Shown: positions 28,111 through 39,500 of the stretch, one piece after another
Layout of the letters: each line of letters starts with the position of its first letter
How positions within the stretch are numbered: position 1 is the first letter of the stretch
Source of the DNA: Guillardia theta CCMP2712
Lineage: Eukaryota > Protista > Cryptophyta
Length of the DNA: 46,132 bases
Direction: 5' to 3'
NCBI RefSeq assembly: GCF_000315625.1
Contig: NW_005434623.1
Span: 289,055 to 335,186 of the forward strand
Made by a program: the position numbers and the translations under genes
Notes under the pieces: model-generated
Databases searched by the model: none
Seen by the model: only the letters and a program-made list of their open reading frames with translations
What the model was told of the DNA's origin: nothing

Positions 28111-29638
28111 GACCTCATTTTTGCTTTACTACAAGGAGCTCCGTGTAGTAATATACTCGTGACCGAAACCCCTCTGTAGTAATGAGTACATGTGACAGTC
28201 GCTGTAGGGAACCGTTGAACGAATTAGGTGGATCACTTGGAGGACAAGCAATTCCAGGAAAGATGGAAGATGGCAGCGGCATGATCGATTTATAGACAAT
28301 TTCAATGAAGCATGCATGGGATTTGAGGATATAACAATGAAACAGAATGTCCTTCAACGAGGCCAAGATTGATTTGTACAAAAAAATTGCAATCTCGCAT
28401 GAGAGTTCTACAGTTGCACGCAGTGATAGTACAACGGATTTCTTTCAAAGTTGACGTGAGATCTAATTGCATATCTTATTCCTTTTTGAGATATTTTTCT
28501 GTAATAGGATCTATAGTAAAGAATACATGTCATGAAGATGTTCAGATATAAAGTGCCAAGCTTTCATCGCTAAAGATCCATGGAAACTTGAATGAAAGTT
28601 GTAATTTGAATAACTTCCGACCAAAACCATCACGTTCAATGGACTCAATTTTAGTCTACGTCATGGATGGACTTTTGTGAGTTTGTGATATCTCAGTATG
28701 TTAAGTCTTAAACATTTGTAAGTCTCCACCATCCGGTGTTCGAACAGTGAAATGCGACGCATTTGCACGAGCAGAAATGAGTTGGAACCGGCATCACGCT
28801 CTCAGGTCATCGGATCATTGACTTGCATCTGATTGGAATACAAGCTCAATGTTCGTTTCTTGATGATGATGACGGCAAACATTGGAAACATTGGATCGAC
28901 TGCAGTCGGAACGACTTCCCAGCGTATGCTACAAGCCGAAAAAAAACTCATCTGTGGAAACCGCCTCAGGATTCTTTTTGTGTAGACTCATGTACTTAAA
29001 AAAGATATTTAGACTTTATGTTGTAAAGATCTTATGATCTGATCTGTGGTAAAGAACTCTTGATCTCAAGCTTGAATGGTTACTACAGTGCCAGTTTCCG
29101 GGAAATGTCCAAAACATTCTATTTCGAATGAATGCTGCCTTCTTGAGGATATTTATTTACAACAGTAACTGGCTTTACGATCGTTGTAAAGAGCTACACT
29201 CTGCTTCCCAGTCGAACTTAATCTTGTTCGTTTGTGCAGGAATTGCCAGTGGTAAAGTATTAAGGTCAATCGTTGGGTATTTGAGTCTTTACCACGAATC
29301 AACAACTATTTTACTACCTATCTTTACCACTTGTCTCCGTGACCGTGGAGAAAGTTTTGACGAAACGATGTAAGTTTGTTTGTAGTAAAATGAGCCCTCC
29401 CTTCAAAGGGCGACGCAGGCAGACTTCTTCGCACACATCCTCGTTCTCAACCTCTCGACACGCTACACCCTCCCCTCCCCCTCCTCCTCCTCCTCCCTCC
29501 ACGTCCTCCACAACTACCTTAGCTGTCGCAGAACTCAGCCTTCCTCGATCTTACTTGTGTCTTCTAAGCAGCTAGAAGACGCGGGCTTTACAACTGCACT
29601 GTTCGAAAGTTTCGTGTACGGCATCTGCAAGTGACAAG

Positions 29639-30552
29639 ATGACGGCTACAAGCGATGCCAATTTTTCGTTCTTTCCTCATGCCCCTGCCTCCGTGCTGGG
29701 ACTTTCTTCTCCTTGTTTGTATCCAGCGGGGGGGACACATTCGCAAGGTGACATGTCGTGCGAACAGTCGGATGTAGACGATGAGTACGATGATGATCTT
29801 CAAGACGAAGGAAGCTCTGTGGATGGTAGCAGCAGGTATGACGAGAATGATTCAGCAGAAGAGAAGCACGTACAAGTGATTCCCAGAAGAAAGAGAGGGG
29901 AGCCGGCAGATGTCAATAGGAAGGGGGTGAAGCTTGGAATCACTGAGATCAAAGAATATTTCCACATGAGGCAATCTGAAGCTGCGAAGCGCCTGGTAAG
30001 TTGACCAACCATCCTTGAAGTCTTAGTGCTGTACTCGCACCCTTCCCTCCTTCCCTGAATCTCATCCTCTAGCACCGCCTTCTGATGGCCTCTTGTGAGA
30101 TGCTGACATGTTTGTTGCAGGGCATATCGCTCACGGCTATGAAGAGTGCATGTAGGAGGATCGGACTCACGCGTTGGCCGTATGCCCGCAGGAAGAAGGC
30201 GAGGACCAAGGTTCTGGGAGGACATGCGCTCCCTGCCCATGGGAGCTATGCTGCCTCTTTGTTCGGCGACACTGCTCAGAGCCGGCATGCTGTCCCCACT
30301 CTGTCACGGGAGGACAGCTCAGCCTCGAGCTCGCAAAGCGACGAGTGCTCGAGCACCGAGACCTCGCCTGCCCCTGAAAGGATAGAAGAGAGCCTTGCTC
30401 CTCCCCTCCTCGTTGATGGAAGCAAGCGAGCGGAGGAGGTGCCGGCTCGGGGGCCCAACAATCTTCACATGGTTGAGGTTGGGTCCTTCCCTATTGACAA
30501 GATGTGGATCGAATGGTTTGTCCGGACTTCAGACTCCATGGACATCTTGTAA
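29639..30552 (+). CDS. RWP-RK domain transcription factor
   Basis: Two exons (intron ~29996-30120) give LGITEIKEYFHMRQSEAAKRL/GISLTAMKSACRRIGLTRWPYARRKK, the RWP-RK signature. Acidic N-terminus and Ser-rich tail. Confidence 0.92.
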
Positions 30553-30957
30553 GGTGCCATACTTTTTGCTCAAGGATGGATGTGAAGCGCGCCTGTCTGC
30601 TGCAATGTTTGATTTTTTGTAAATTACTACAGTAAAGAGATTTGCTGAAAAGATCTTTGAGTGGCAAGGAAAGAAAACAGGGTTGGGGGGTTGAGGGAGT
30701 AGACATGTTGGTGAAAAAAATTGCCTTTGGTATCATCCTATACTGGCAAAAGGAGACAAGAACGACATCAGCGAAGGGCATAAATTAACAAGAGAAATCC
30801 ACAAACGTGCAACCAATCTAATCGCCAGAAGCTTTCGATGATCATCAACACAAGGCTTCTCCTTTGGTTTCTACTAACTTTATTGCAACCCATCTGCTTC
30901 TCCAGTGCATGAATGGGAGACAAGCTCGTCGCTCTTAGAACAGCACTTGCCATCCTC

Positions 30958-33606
30958 TCATTGCTTAAGATCGACCTTCTTGCGAATATCCTGAAGGTTC
31001 GTGAGCCCAGCAACAAACAACAACTATTAAATTCACCTGCTCGGAGGAACAACGCACAGGAGCGTTGGGCTGGAGGAGAAGAGTGCAAGTGTTATCCTTC
31101 ATCGCAGCTGACATTGCAAGTTACCTTTCCCGGCCTCTTGGGATGAGTCGGGTGCTGTCCCTTGAAAGGCTGTCCGATCTCCTGCACGTCCTCGTGACCA
31201 CCATGCCGCAAGGCCTCGACCTCTTCTAACCGTGAGCATGGACTTGAACCATCCCTCATCCACATTGAACGGCTTTCCACCAGCGATCCGGTTGAACTCG
31301 CAGGCCCTGAGCTCGAGGTTGGGCGTCTCTTCATCATGGCCGATCACTCCGCCCTGCAAGGCTCCTCTTAGCCCTTGTTCCTCCCTCCCTCAGCTCCTGA
31401 CCTGTCCGAGCATGGCACACTCAACAGCCTTGAGTGCACAGTCCTTGATCAGCGCGAGATCCTGGTCGTTGGGTGCTGCCGAGCGGGCGAAGTATCCGCT
31501 CTTCTGAACCATGGTCTTCTCGGCTCCGAGCTCCTTGGCAAACTGAGGAGCATTGTCAACAAAGGGAGGGTGGGAAAGGGTCAAGACTAAGTAGAGGATG
31601 TAGGAAGAAGGAACGGAGAGAGATCTAGAGCAAAGGATGGACTCGTTTCTACACTCAATGCTCCACAAGGGAGGACAAGAGTGAGCGAGAAGCTTTCAAG
31701 GAACATGAAGAGAAAAGAGAGGGGAGACGGGGATCGAAGTTTAAGAATCGGGAACATCAAAACTCCTCACCTTGTCCGCAAAGTACTTTCCTGGGTTCAC
31801 AGCATCGAGCTTAGGGTGGCCGAACGCGTCTCGCGGAACCTAGTCCGGTGGAGTAAGAAAGCACGCAAGCAATGATCATGCTTACCTCCTGTCCAGCCTC
31901 CTCCATCTGCTTGATGATGTCATCGACACCAGCTCCTTCGGAGATGAAGATGTTGACATTGCCGAGTCTAGGGATAGGGATCACACAGAGGAGGAGAGCC
32001 GCTGCTTTTTCACCTGTCCATCACTTGCTTGAGACGCTTTGACTCGGCAGCAATGTCAATGGAGAGCTGACAGTGTTATCAGGTAGAGAGTCCTCCCTCC
32101 TCGCTCACGGCACCTCGGGGATATAAATTCCATGAACGTCCAGCCTTTCAAAGTGCAAACCACATCCGGGGAGCATGCGCTGGAGGTCAAGTCACTGAAG
32201 TGATCCAAGAGCATCTGCCAGGAAAACACCTGAGCCTTCAAGTCATCCCGGTAGCACTTGGCAGTGGCTGCCGTCAACCACCCGCAGTGTCTCCCCATCA
32301 CTTCATGAACAATGAGCATCCTGGGGTTTGCACTGTGCTCGTTCACGATGTTTCGGAAGTACAACTGTTGAGGGAACAAGTTCATATCTGCCTCAGTCAT
32401 AGTAACTTAGCAAGCCTACAGCTCCTTGTTGAGCCGCCGTCCATGCTCCGAGGGAAAGACGGATGGGATAAACGTCATTGTCGATGGTCTTGGGTAGCCC
32501 AACCACCTGTGAGAAATTGTGAGAAGCAACGCAGCACACGGACGACGCGGACCGTAAGCTCGTAGTTGTTCCTCTTCAAGAAAGCCGCAAGATCCGCAGC
32601 AGCAGTGTTGGTGTCATCTCCTCCAATGGTGTGCAAAACCTGCGGGGGGTGACGCCGTCACCGAGGAGACGGAGTAGGGAGAGCGTACTGAGACGCCATC
32701 TTTCACGAGCTGCTCGGCAGCGACTTTCTGCGGGTCTTCTCCCTCTTTGACCTATGGAGCACTAAGAAGTGCAAACAAGATAGACAACGTCGCTCGCACC
32801 AAGCCTCTTTGCAGGCAGTCCTTGATGTTGGTAAGCTTCACCCTGCTGTTTCCTGTACGATCAGATGCAGTCAGGTTGTACCTCCCTCATCCCAACGGAA
32901 TCAATCACCGATGCTGGATCCACCGTGATATGTGAGGATGGAAGCAAGCTTTCTCTCTTCCGGCCCAACAACGAGGTACTCGCCTTTCAGAAGTCCCTTG
33001 AGAGAGCAGTCAGATAGACAACTCTGAGTACACTTCGCATCTCCTGTTACCTTGTATCCGTCGATGTAGCAAATGATTTCGATTTGGGGATCGTACAAGG
33101 TGTATTCCTCTTCAATCAGCATGAATCAACAAGGCAAAAAGGAGCGCAGAGGAGAGATACCAATCAAGAATCCAATCGCTGACGACCTGCGCAAACTCTC
33201 ACTCATCAATTAGCTCACGTGCATCAGGACTCACAGGCATGGCGCAAGTCCACCGGCAGTCAAGATAGCGACCTGCCGACACGGATACGTCACCAGCCAC
33301 TTGTTCCAATTTGACTTACCCGCTTCGGAGGGTTCCCTCCCTTCAGGTGCAGCAAGGAAGACGTCTCCGACCTAGCGACCCGTCAGCCTCTGCCAAGCAG
33401 CTCGTCCTTGGACATGAAGACCTTCTTTCTGGACGGTTCTTGAGCCCGGACAGGATCCCTGCAGTAGCGAACTGTGAGATGGAGATCTTAGCACTGACCA
33501 GCGGCTCTTCACCGGAGGGGACGATGTTGGATGACAGCGAGCCACAGACGCTGGTCGCAGAGAGGAGGAGGAGGAGGAGGATTGAGAACTGCGTTGACCG
33601 AACCAT
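30958..33606 (-). CDS. pfp: Pyrophosphate-dependent 6-phosphofructokinase (Propionibacterium-type) with N-terminal signal peptide and transit-like leader
   Basis: Spliced motifs: VAILTAGGLAPCLSSAIG, GGSSIGNSRVKLTN, LHTIGGDDTNTAAADLA, VVGLPKTIDND, LIVHEVMGRHCGWLTAATA, NIFISEGAG, VPRDAFGH, VQKSGYFARSA, RIAGGKPFN. GGDD plus PKTIDND indicates PPi specificity. Leader MVRSTQFSILLLLLLSATSVCG…. Confidence 0.92.
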
Positions 33607-34299
33607 CTGCCATACATAAAAGAGTGAGTGCATCTTAGTGCATGTACATCTTAGAGTGCATAACATTGGCAACAAGAATGTTGTGACGCTAAAGATGAAT
33701 GAAAGTGCTGAAGACAGCATCTTGTTCTTTGGTCAATTCATCCTTTCATCTCATCGCCCACATCTAAGGATGTTCTGTGGCCCCTGCCTTCCACTCCTTT
33801 CTGTGCCATCTCCCTCTACGTCTACCTTTGATTCATGCTAACCCTATCTTCTCCTCCTCTCCTCCTCCTCTCGCTCTTCTGTCGCCCCCTTTTTCTCCCT
33901 ACGGCTGCTCTGCCATTGAGGCCGCTGGCAATCCCTGAAACTTCAAGGCTGAAATGGTATCTTGAATCCGCTAGAATTTGAACTTGAAGAGGGAGAATTC
34001 AAAGTGATAAGCAGGGGCGTAGGGATGGGCGCATGGGCTTTCCCTGAGGCGATGGATGACGAATTAAATAGTAGGTAGGGGTCCTTAACGCGGTACCCCT
34101 GCAATAGAGAAATGGACAGCAGAGGGGGAGGGGTCCTGGGTTGACCGATACAGCGCTGCATGCTGTTGGTAATAATTCAGATTAGGGACAGGGGGTTGAA
34201 GTCTACTGACAGGACCGGTAGTCGGAAAATATGGTACCCACCCCCACAAAGGTACAAAGAATTCATGATTGAAACGCCCTATTCCGAATGAGAAGTCGC

Positions 34300-35170
34300 A
34301 ACGCGGCGATCACGAGTCACCGGGTACCGTACCGTAGCCTAGTACGGTACCGGCGGGCCGGCCCGGCCGAGCCCGGGCCGCCGCCGGGGCCGCCGCTGTC
34401 CGGTCCGATACGGTCACACTGTACAGACGGTGAAGGGAGTTTGGGTGACTGAACTGAGTGGGGCGGCGGGGGGCCGCGGCGCCGGGTGGGCGCGGCGGCA
34501 CTGAGTTCCGGTGACGGACACTGAGTCGGAATCCGATGATCGCGGCCCTGGCAAAGGCCGGGCCCCCGCGCGCACGGCGGGGCGTGGCCCCGCGGCGGCC
34601 GGCCCCGGGCCCGCGGCCCGCCTGCGGCACTGACTGCGGCCGGGCGCGGCACTGAGCCGGCGGCCGCAGCCTCGGACCTGTTGAAACTGACTCACTGCCA
34701 GTTTCAACTCCAATGAACCGTTCATTGAGTTCGCGGGCCCTGCCGCCCCCCGGGCCCCCGGGGCCTCCGAAGTGCGGCCAGTAAGTAACTTACTCAGTAA
34801 CATATCCGTCATCATCCGATCATCGGATCGTGACCGTACTCTGTGAACCACACTGACGGTCCGAGTGGCCGGGCCGGGCGGCCCGGGCCCTTTACGCCGG
34901 GTAGACGGTACCGTGCGGCCCCGGGCCGGCGTGCGGCTACGGTACGGGGTCAGGGCGGCGACACGGTACGGTACTCGACAGGCTCATCCCGGCGACATGC
35001 CCGGCCATCGCCGATGGCGGGTCGGACCCCGGACCCGGACCCGGCGCCGGCGTTTGATCCACCGCCGCTGTTCAACGATTCCGGCCGGGCCCGGCTGGCA
35101 ATCATGTGGCACGGTCACGGCAGTCCGATCACGGACAGGGCCTCCGCCTCTCACAGTGCTGAGACTTAGT
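34300..35170. promoter_or_regulatory. Long GC-rich intergenic spacer with nested inverted repeats
   Basis: Very high GC; GTTGAAACTG…CAGTTTCAAC (34680-34708), CAATGAAC-C-GTTCATTG, TCCGAT-C-ATCGGA, repeated GGTACCGTAC/ACGGTAC. Confidence 0.5.
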
Positions 35171-35534
35171 GTTCATCCGAGTGATCATAGACTTCAGTAT
35201 CTCTCGCATGTATGATGACGATCGTGATCGCCAGGTGACCCAATGGATGGCGATCAGATCGTCAGAGGTTGAAAACTTCAGCCATGCGCAAAATCAAAAC
35301 GCATCGAATTGCACTCTGCATGTCCCACCCAAGGATTTCCTTCCCATTTGAGAAAAATTTTAATGCAGTATCTAGAAGAGCGGATGGCAAGCAAGAAAAC
35401 AATGGCAGTTGATGGATTGACCGTCCCGACGTGGAGGCCTGCGCTACGAACAAACAGGTTTCTGTGTTAAATGCTCTGCACGCCTGAGAATAAACAAAGA
35501 AAAACACAAGGAAACATCAGTTCGTCCTCATTCA

Positions 35535-36122
35535 TCATGAAAGGAGATTCTTGGCCATCATGGTGGCCCCACACCCCCAATGCGGAAAACCTAACAAAAA
35601 GAATACACACAGCGAATTGCAACATGCAGATGCTGTATTGCTTTCACATTCCACAAATCCGAAGCGTTCATACAAATGTTTTGCCGGGTTTCTAGCAACA
35701 ACACCCAGAGTCAGTTTGTGTGCACCTCGCTCGCGGGCCCATGTCTCACAGAACTGCAAGAGGCGAGTGCCAATGCCCTGTCCGCGCATTTCTGGTAGTA
35801 CGCTCATCATCTCAATATAGCACTCGCCTTCACAAGAAGGATGAAGGCATTTCCCAAACGGATCTCGTTTCATGCTTGCATCAGTCATTTGCACGAAACC
35901 GACAACTTTGTCGTCGCTTTCGCGAACGGCAACTGCGCTTGCAGAGAGGGAATCCTCCGTCGCATACAACTTTTTGAATTCGCTCATCGGGGTGGGCAGG
36001 AGCGAAAGCGGAATCAGGCAGCACAATCGCTTTCGGCCTGCGCCAACAAACTTGTTGGAGATGCTCAATGCTCCATGAAGGTACCGTTCAGTCAACGCCT
36101 GCACTCGAACTGGTTCAGCCAT
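35535..36122 (-). CDS. GNAT N-acetyltransferase (intronless, 195 aa)
   Basis: Single ORF from MAEPVRV…: KVVGFVQM…CYIEMMSVLPEMRGQGIGTRLLQFCETWARERG…LTLGVVARNPAKHLYERFGF (motifs A and B). Confidence 0.9.
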   Translation of the reverse strand: MAEPVRVQALTERYLHGALSISNKFVGAGRKRLCCLIPLSLLPTPMSEFKKLYATEDSLSASAVAVRESDDKVVGFVQMTDASMKRDPFGKCLHPSCEGECYIEMMSVLPEMRGQGIGTRLLQFCETWARERGAHKLTLGVVARNPAKHLYERFGFVECESNTASACCNSLCVFFLLGFPHWGCGATMMAKNLLS

Positions 36123-36382
36123 ACCGCCTGAGAGGGCGAGTGCAATTTCCGTCGGGGTCTTCTTAAAAGGATTGTTCTCAGTTTTGAGTAAAGTCTTTAC
36201 AGGTAGGCGAGTCAAGGGTTTACGGGTAGTTGTTTGCCGCCCGGCCCTGCCCGGGCCCCGGTCACCGGGTCCAGCGGCCGCGGCCTGGCTGGGTCCGATC
36301 ACGGCCGCGTCCGAGTGGCGCGGGCCCGGCCGTTGGCAAGTTGGGTGCGGCACTTTGCCGGTAGGACCTTATAGCGGCCCAG

Positions 36383-36426
<44 letters not shown>
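36383..36426. repeat. (GAT)n microsatellite in the GC-rich divergent intergenic region
   Basis: Seen directly. Confidence 0.9.
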
Positions 36427-36537
36427 GCTCTGTCGGATCGGTAGCACAGTGAGTAACTTCCAGCGGCCAGCCTCCGAACTTCAAAGGACAATTTGCTAGC
36501 CCGGCGGCTCCGATGGCTCACGGGGGCCCACAGCATC

Positions 36538-39500
36538 ATGTCGCTCCCCAGACAAGGTGAGGGCAGCAACGGCAGTAGAAGAGTTTGTTCGTCTTGCCAT
36601 CACAACGTTGCCAAGTTGTCCTGACGATTCTATTGTCACGGCGGCCTGCAAGTTCGTTGACTTGTGCTCTCAACAGCCGCCGATCATCACAGTCAAGCGA
36701 CGACTCGGATGACCAGAGCGTGTCTGGGGGTCTTCAAGGACTCCAGCATGCAGACTCATCTCGCAAAACCTCCATGAACAGGATGAAGAACTCAACCGTC
36801 GCCATTCTCATGCCGAAACTTCGAAATTGGTCTCTGCATTCCGTGGGATTCTCTACCAAATATGTGTACAAGGTATGTTTGAGATGAATGAAGCCTGAAG
36901 CACGAAGAGCAGCTGATTGCCTTCCTCAAGATGTGGAAAACATACGTCAAACAGTTCGGAGGGAACCACTCGCGGCTGGGGCTAGAGGTGGAGCCTAAGG
37001 TGACTTGGTATAGTGTGGAGGTTGAGATCATGTGAGATGGGCAGGTAGGACAGGTCGTCTATCCAACAGCTGATGCAGATGAGTCCGTCCACACTGATGT
37101 GATACTTGATACACCTCCCGACGTGTACGTCATCTCTGCTGCAGGCACATGATATGGCCGGGAAGATTAGTAAGATTGAGCAGCAGCACGATGCTCTGTG
37201 CTGCTGGGTAGAATGGTTCTACGATGGGAAAGAGTACGGTCCTTACGAGCTCCCAAACAGGAAGAGCTCTTGGCTCTTACAAACAAATAATGACAGCAGT
37301 CGCAGGTTCACCTTCCTGTTTCTTGCGAGCGATTCAGATATGAAGGTCAAACCATATCCTCTTCAACTAGCAACTACGGAGGTGAGTGGATGCTGATCGG
37401 AACAATTATGTTTGAGATTGCACCAGCAAACACGGGAGGCTCAAGAGCACGTGAGCTCCAAGGAGATCATGCAAACGATCATGCAGCGACAAGACTCGAT
37501 TCATCACTCCGAATCAGACTCCGAGGAGTCTGAGGCTGATGGCGCGAGCAAGCAGAGCACGCATCACCCCCCCTCAGACGTCCCGATGACAATCAGCAGA
37601 ACAAGCAGCACTGGCTACACCTTGAGTGCCCTCCTCAAACGTACAGAATCGTCCGCCATGGGGCCTCAGGGTCCTCGATCGCCGTTTCCTGCTCCATCCC
37701 CTCTGCTATATCGCACTCCGAGCAAGAGTACGTACGCAGCATCTGCGTTTGAGCGGAAGCAGTCGTCTTCTATGTGCAGCATGCGGTCAGACCCTGACAT
37801 GTCAGATCCTTCTACCCTAGACAGAACGAACAGCACGGTACCTTGCGAAAGTAATGGCGATGCTCTGACATTTGAACCCGTAGAACTATATGGAATCAAT
37901 GATGGAAGTGTTTTTACGCCAGGAGGAAGCCATTGAACAATACGCGAGAAAGATTGTTGTCCAGCGATTTCTCAACGATGAATTCTTCAGAGAGACGTTT
38001 CCAATGCCTGCGAAAAAGAAATACAAAGAGATGCTACCTAAACAGCGTGAAACAAAACCATCCAAGGTCGGTCATATCAGCTTGTACTCTATGTGATGCG
38101 CTGAAACCGGTTCAGCCAAGCATGACCTCAAATAGAACATCGCAAGAAGTCTCAACAACGTCTCAGCACCTTCTTTTCTGCAGGTAAGTCTTGAGTTTGA
38201 TCCGTGCTAATGACTGGTCACAACCAGATACTTGAATGCCCTTGAGATGACTTGCCTGTCAACCGTCCTCCGCGCGACGATAAAGAAGCATTGGAAGGCA
38301 ATCTTCGTGAGCCCCTATTTGAAGCAGCACAATCGATCGACTGGGCATAGAAACATTCCCCTGAGAAAGGCACTGCAGAAGAAAGATTGTAATGCGATTC
38401 ATGTCAAAGATACTTGGAAGGAAAGTGAAATCCGTTTGATTCTTCATGAAATCAACCTCTCTATAAAGGTAACTTCTCTCAGACATGGAATCGCTCAGGA
38501 TACAAGGTTGATGGATCTCTAAATGCAGGATCAGGGAACATTCTTGACAAGTCTTTCCATGCACCGGGTTGACCTGGGAGTGAATGGAAGGTGATGGGTT
38601 GAAGTTGAGGCAGTTCAACTTGACGACCTGAATGCTTTGAATTGCAGCATTCATCTGACGGAATTCATTCTCAAGAACGCGAATTGTCACCTTCACACTT
38701 TGCACTGTTACCAGAACAATCTTGGCGACAATGGAGTCTCCACCATTGTACGAGTGATTGGAAATTCCGATTGGAAGATTTTTCATAGGCGCGTTGAGCT
38801 GATCGAGAGATGCTGATACTAACGGATTTGCAGACTGAAATCTCTCTCAATCATTCAAAATGGTGTTTCCAACTATGGAGCTTCACAAACAAGCAAGCAT
38901 CTCAGGCGCAACAATCTAACATTTTTGAATCTGTCACATAACAAGGTACAAGGAGGGTATGGCGAGAAATAGAGTTGACGACCCTACTGTAGATGACTGA
39001 AGAGGGCCTTGAAACTCTATCCAGCCTTTTCAAGGAGAACAGAGAAATTCTCACTCTGACCATCAGCGGGAACTTGATACCAACCAACACACAAATGGTG
39101 TTTCGAAGAGGAGAGGACGAGGGCTCGGATGCGCATTTTTACTCGTCCAAGTATTTCTGTCAGCACTTGTCGCAACACCTGATCGTTACATCTCAACAGT
39201 CAACGTGAAGACGGCACGATGATCGACTTGACACCCTCGAATCCCGCCGAGGTTCTCATCTCCAAGAGCTCAGTCCAGTTCAGCCCCACCTACTCCGAGG
39301 TATCAACAACCGAGCTGCAGGTAGAGCTGTTAGAGTAGGGTGCTCAGTGCCATCTCACCTCATGGCTGCAGAAACTGAAGAGCTTTAGAGAGAGGTTCAT
39401 GGAAGAAGCAGCTCTGTGCGAAAAGGAGGTTGTCAAGGGCAGAGAGAACTTGAGGGAGAAGCTAATGGAAGAGACCTTGATCGACCTCCACTCCAAGAGG

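Noticed and set aside
34310-35215. Arg/Pro/Gly/Ala-rich ORFs in GC islands (also 13472-13825, 16138-16881, 43708-44434)
   Set aside because: Stop-codon depletion from extreme GC content gives ORFs in many frames, with no recognisable motifs.
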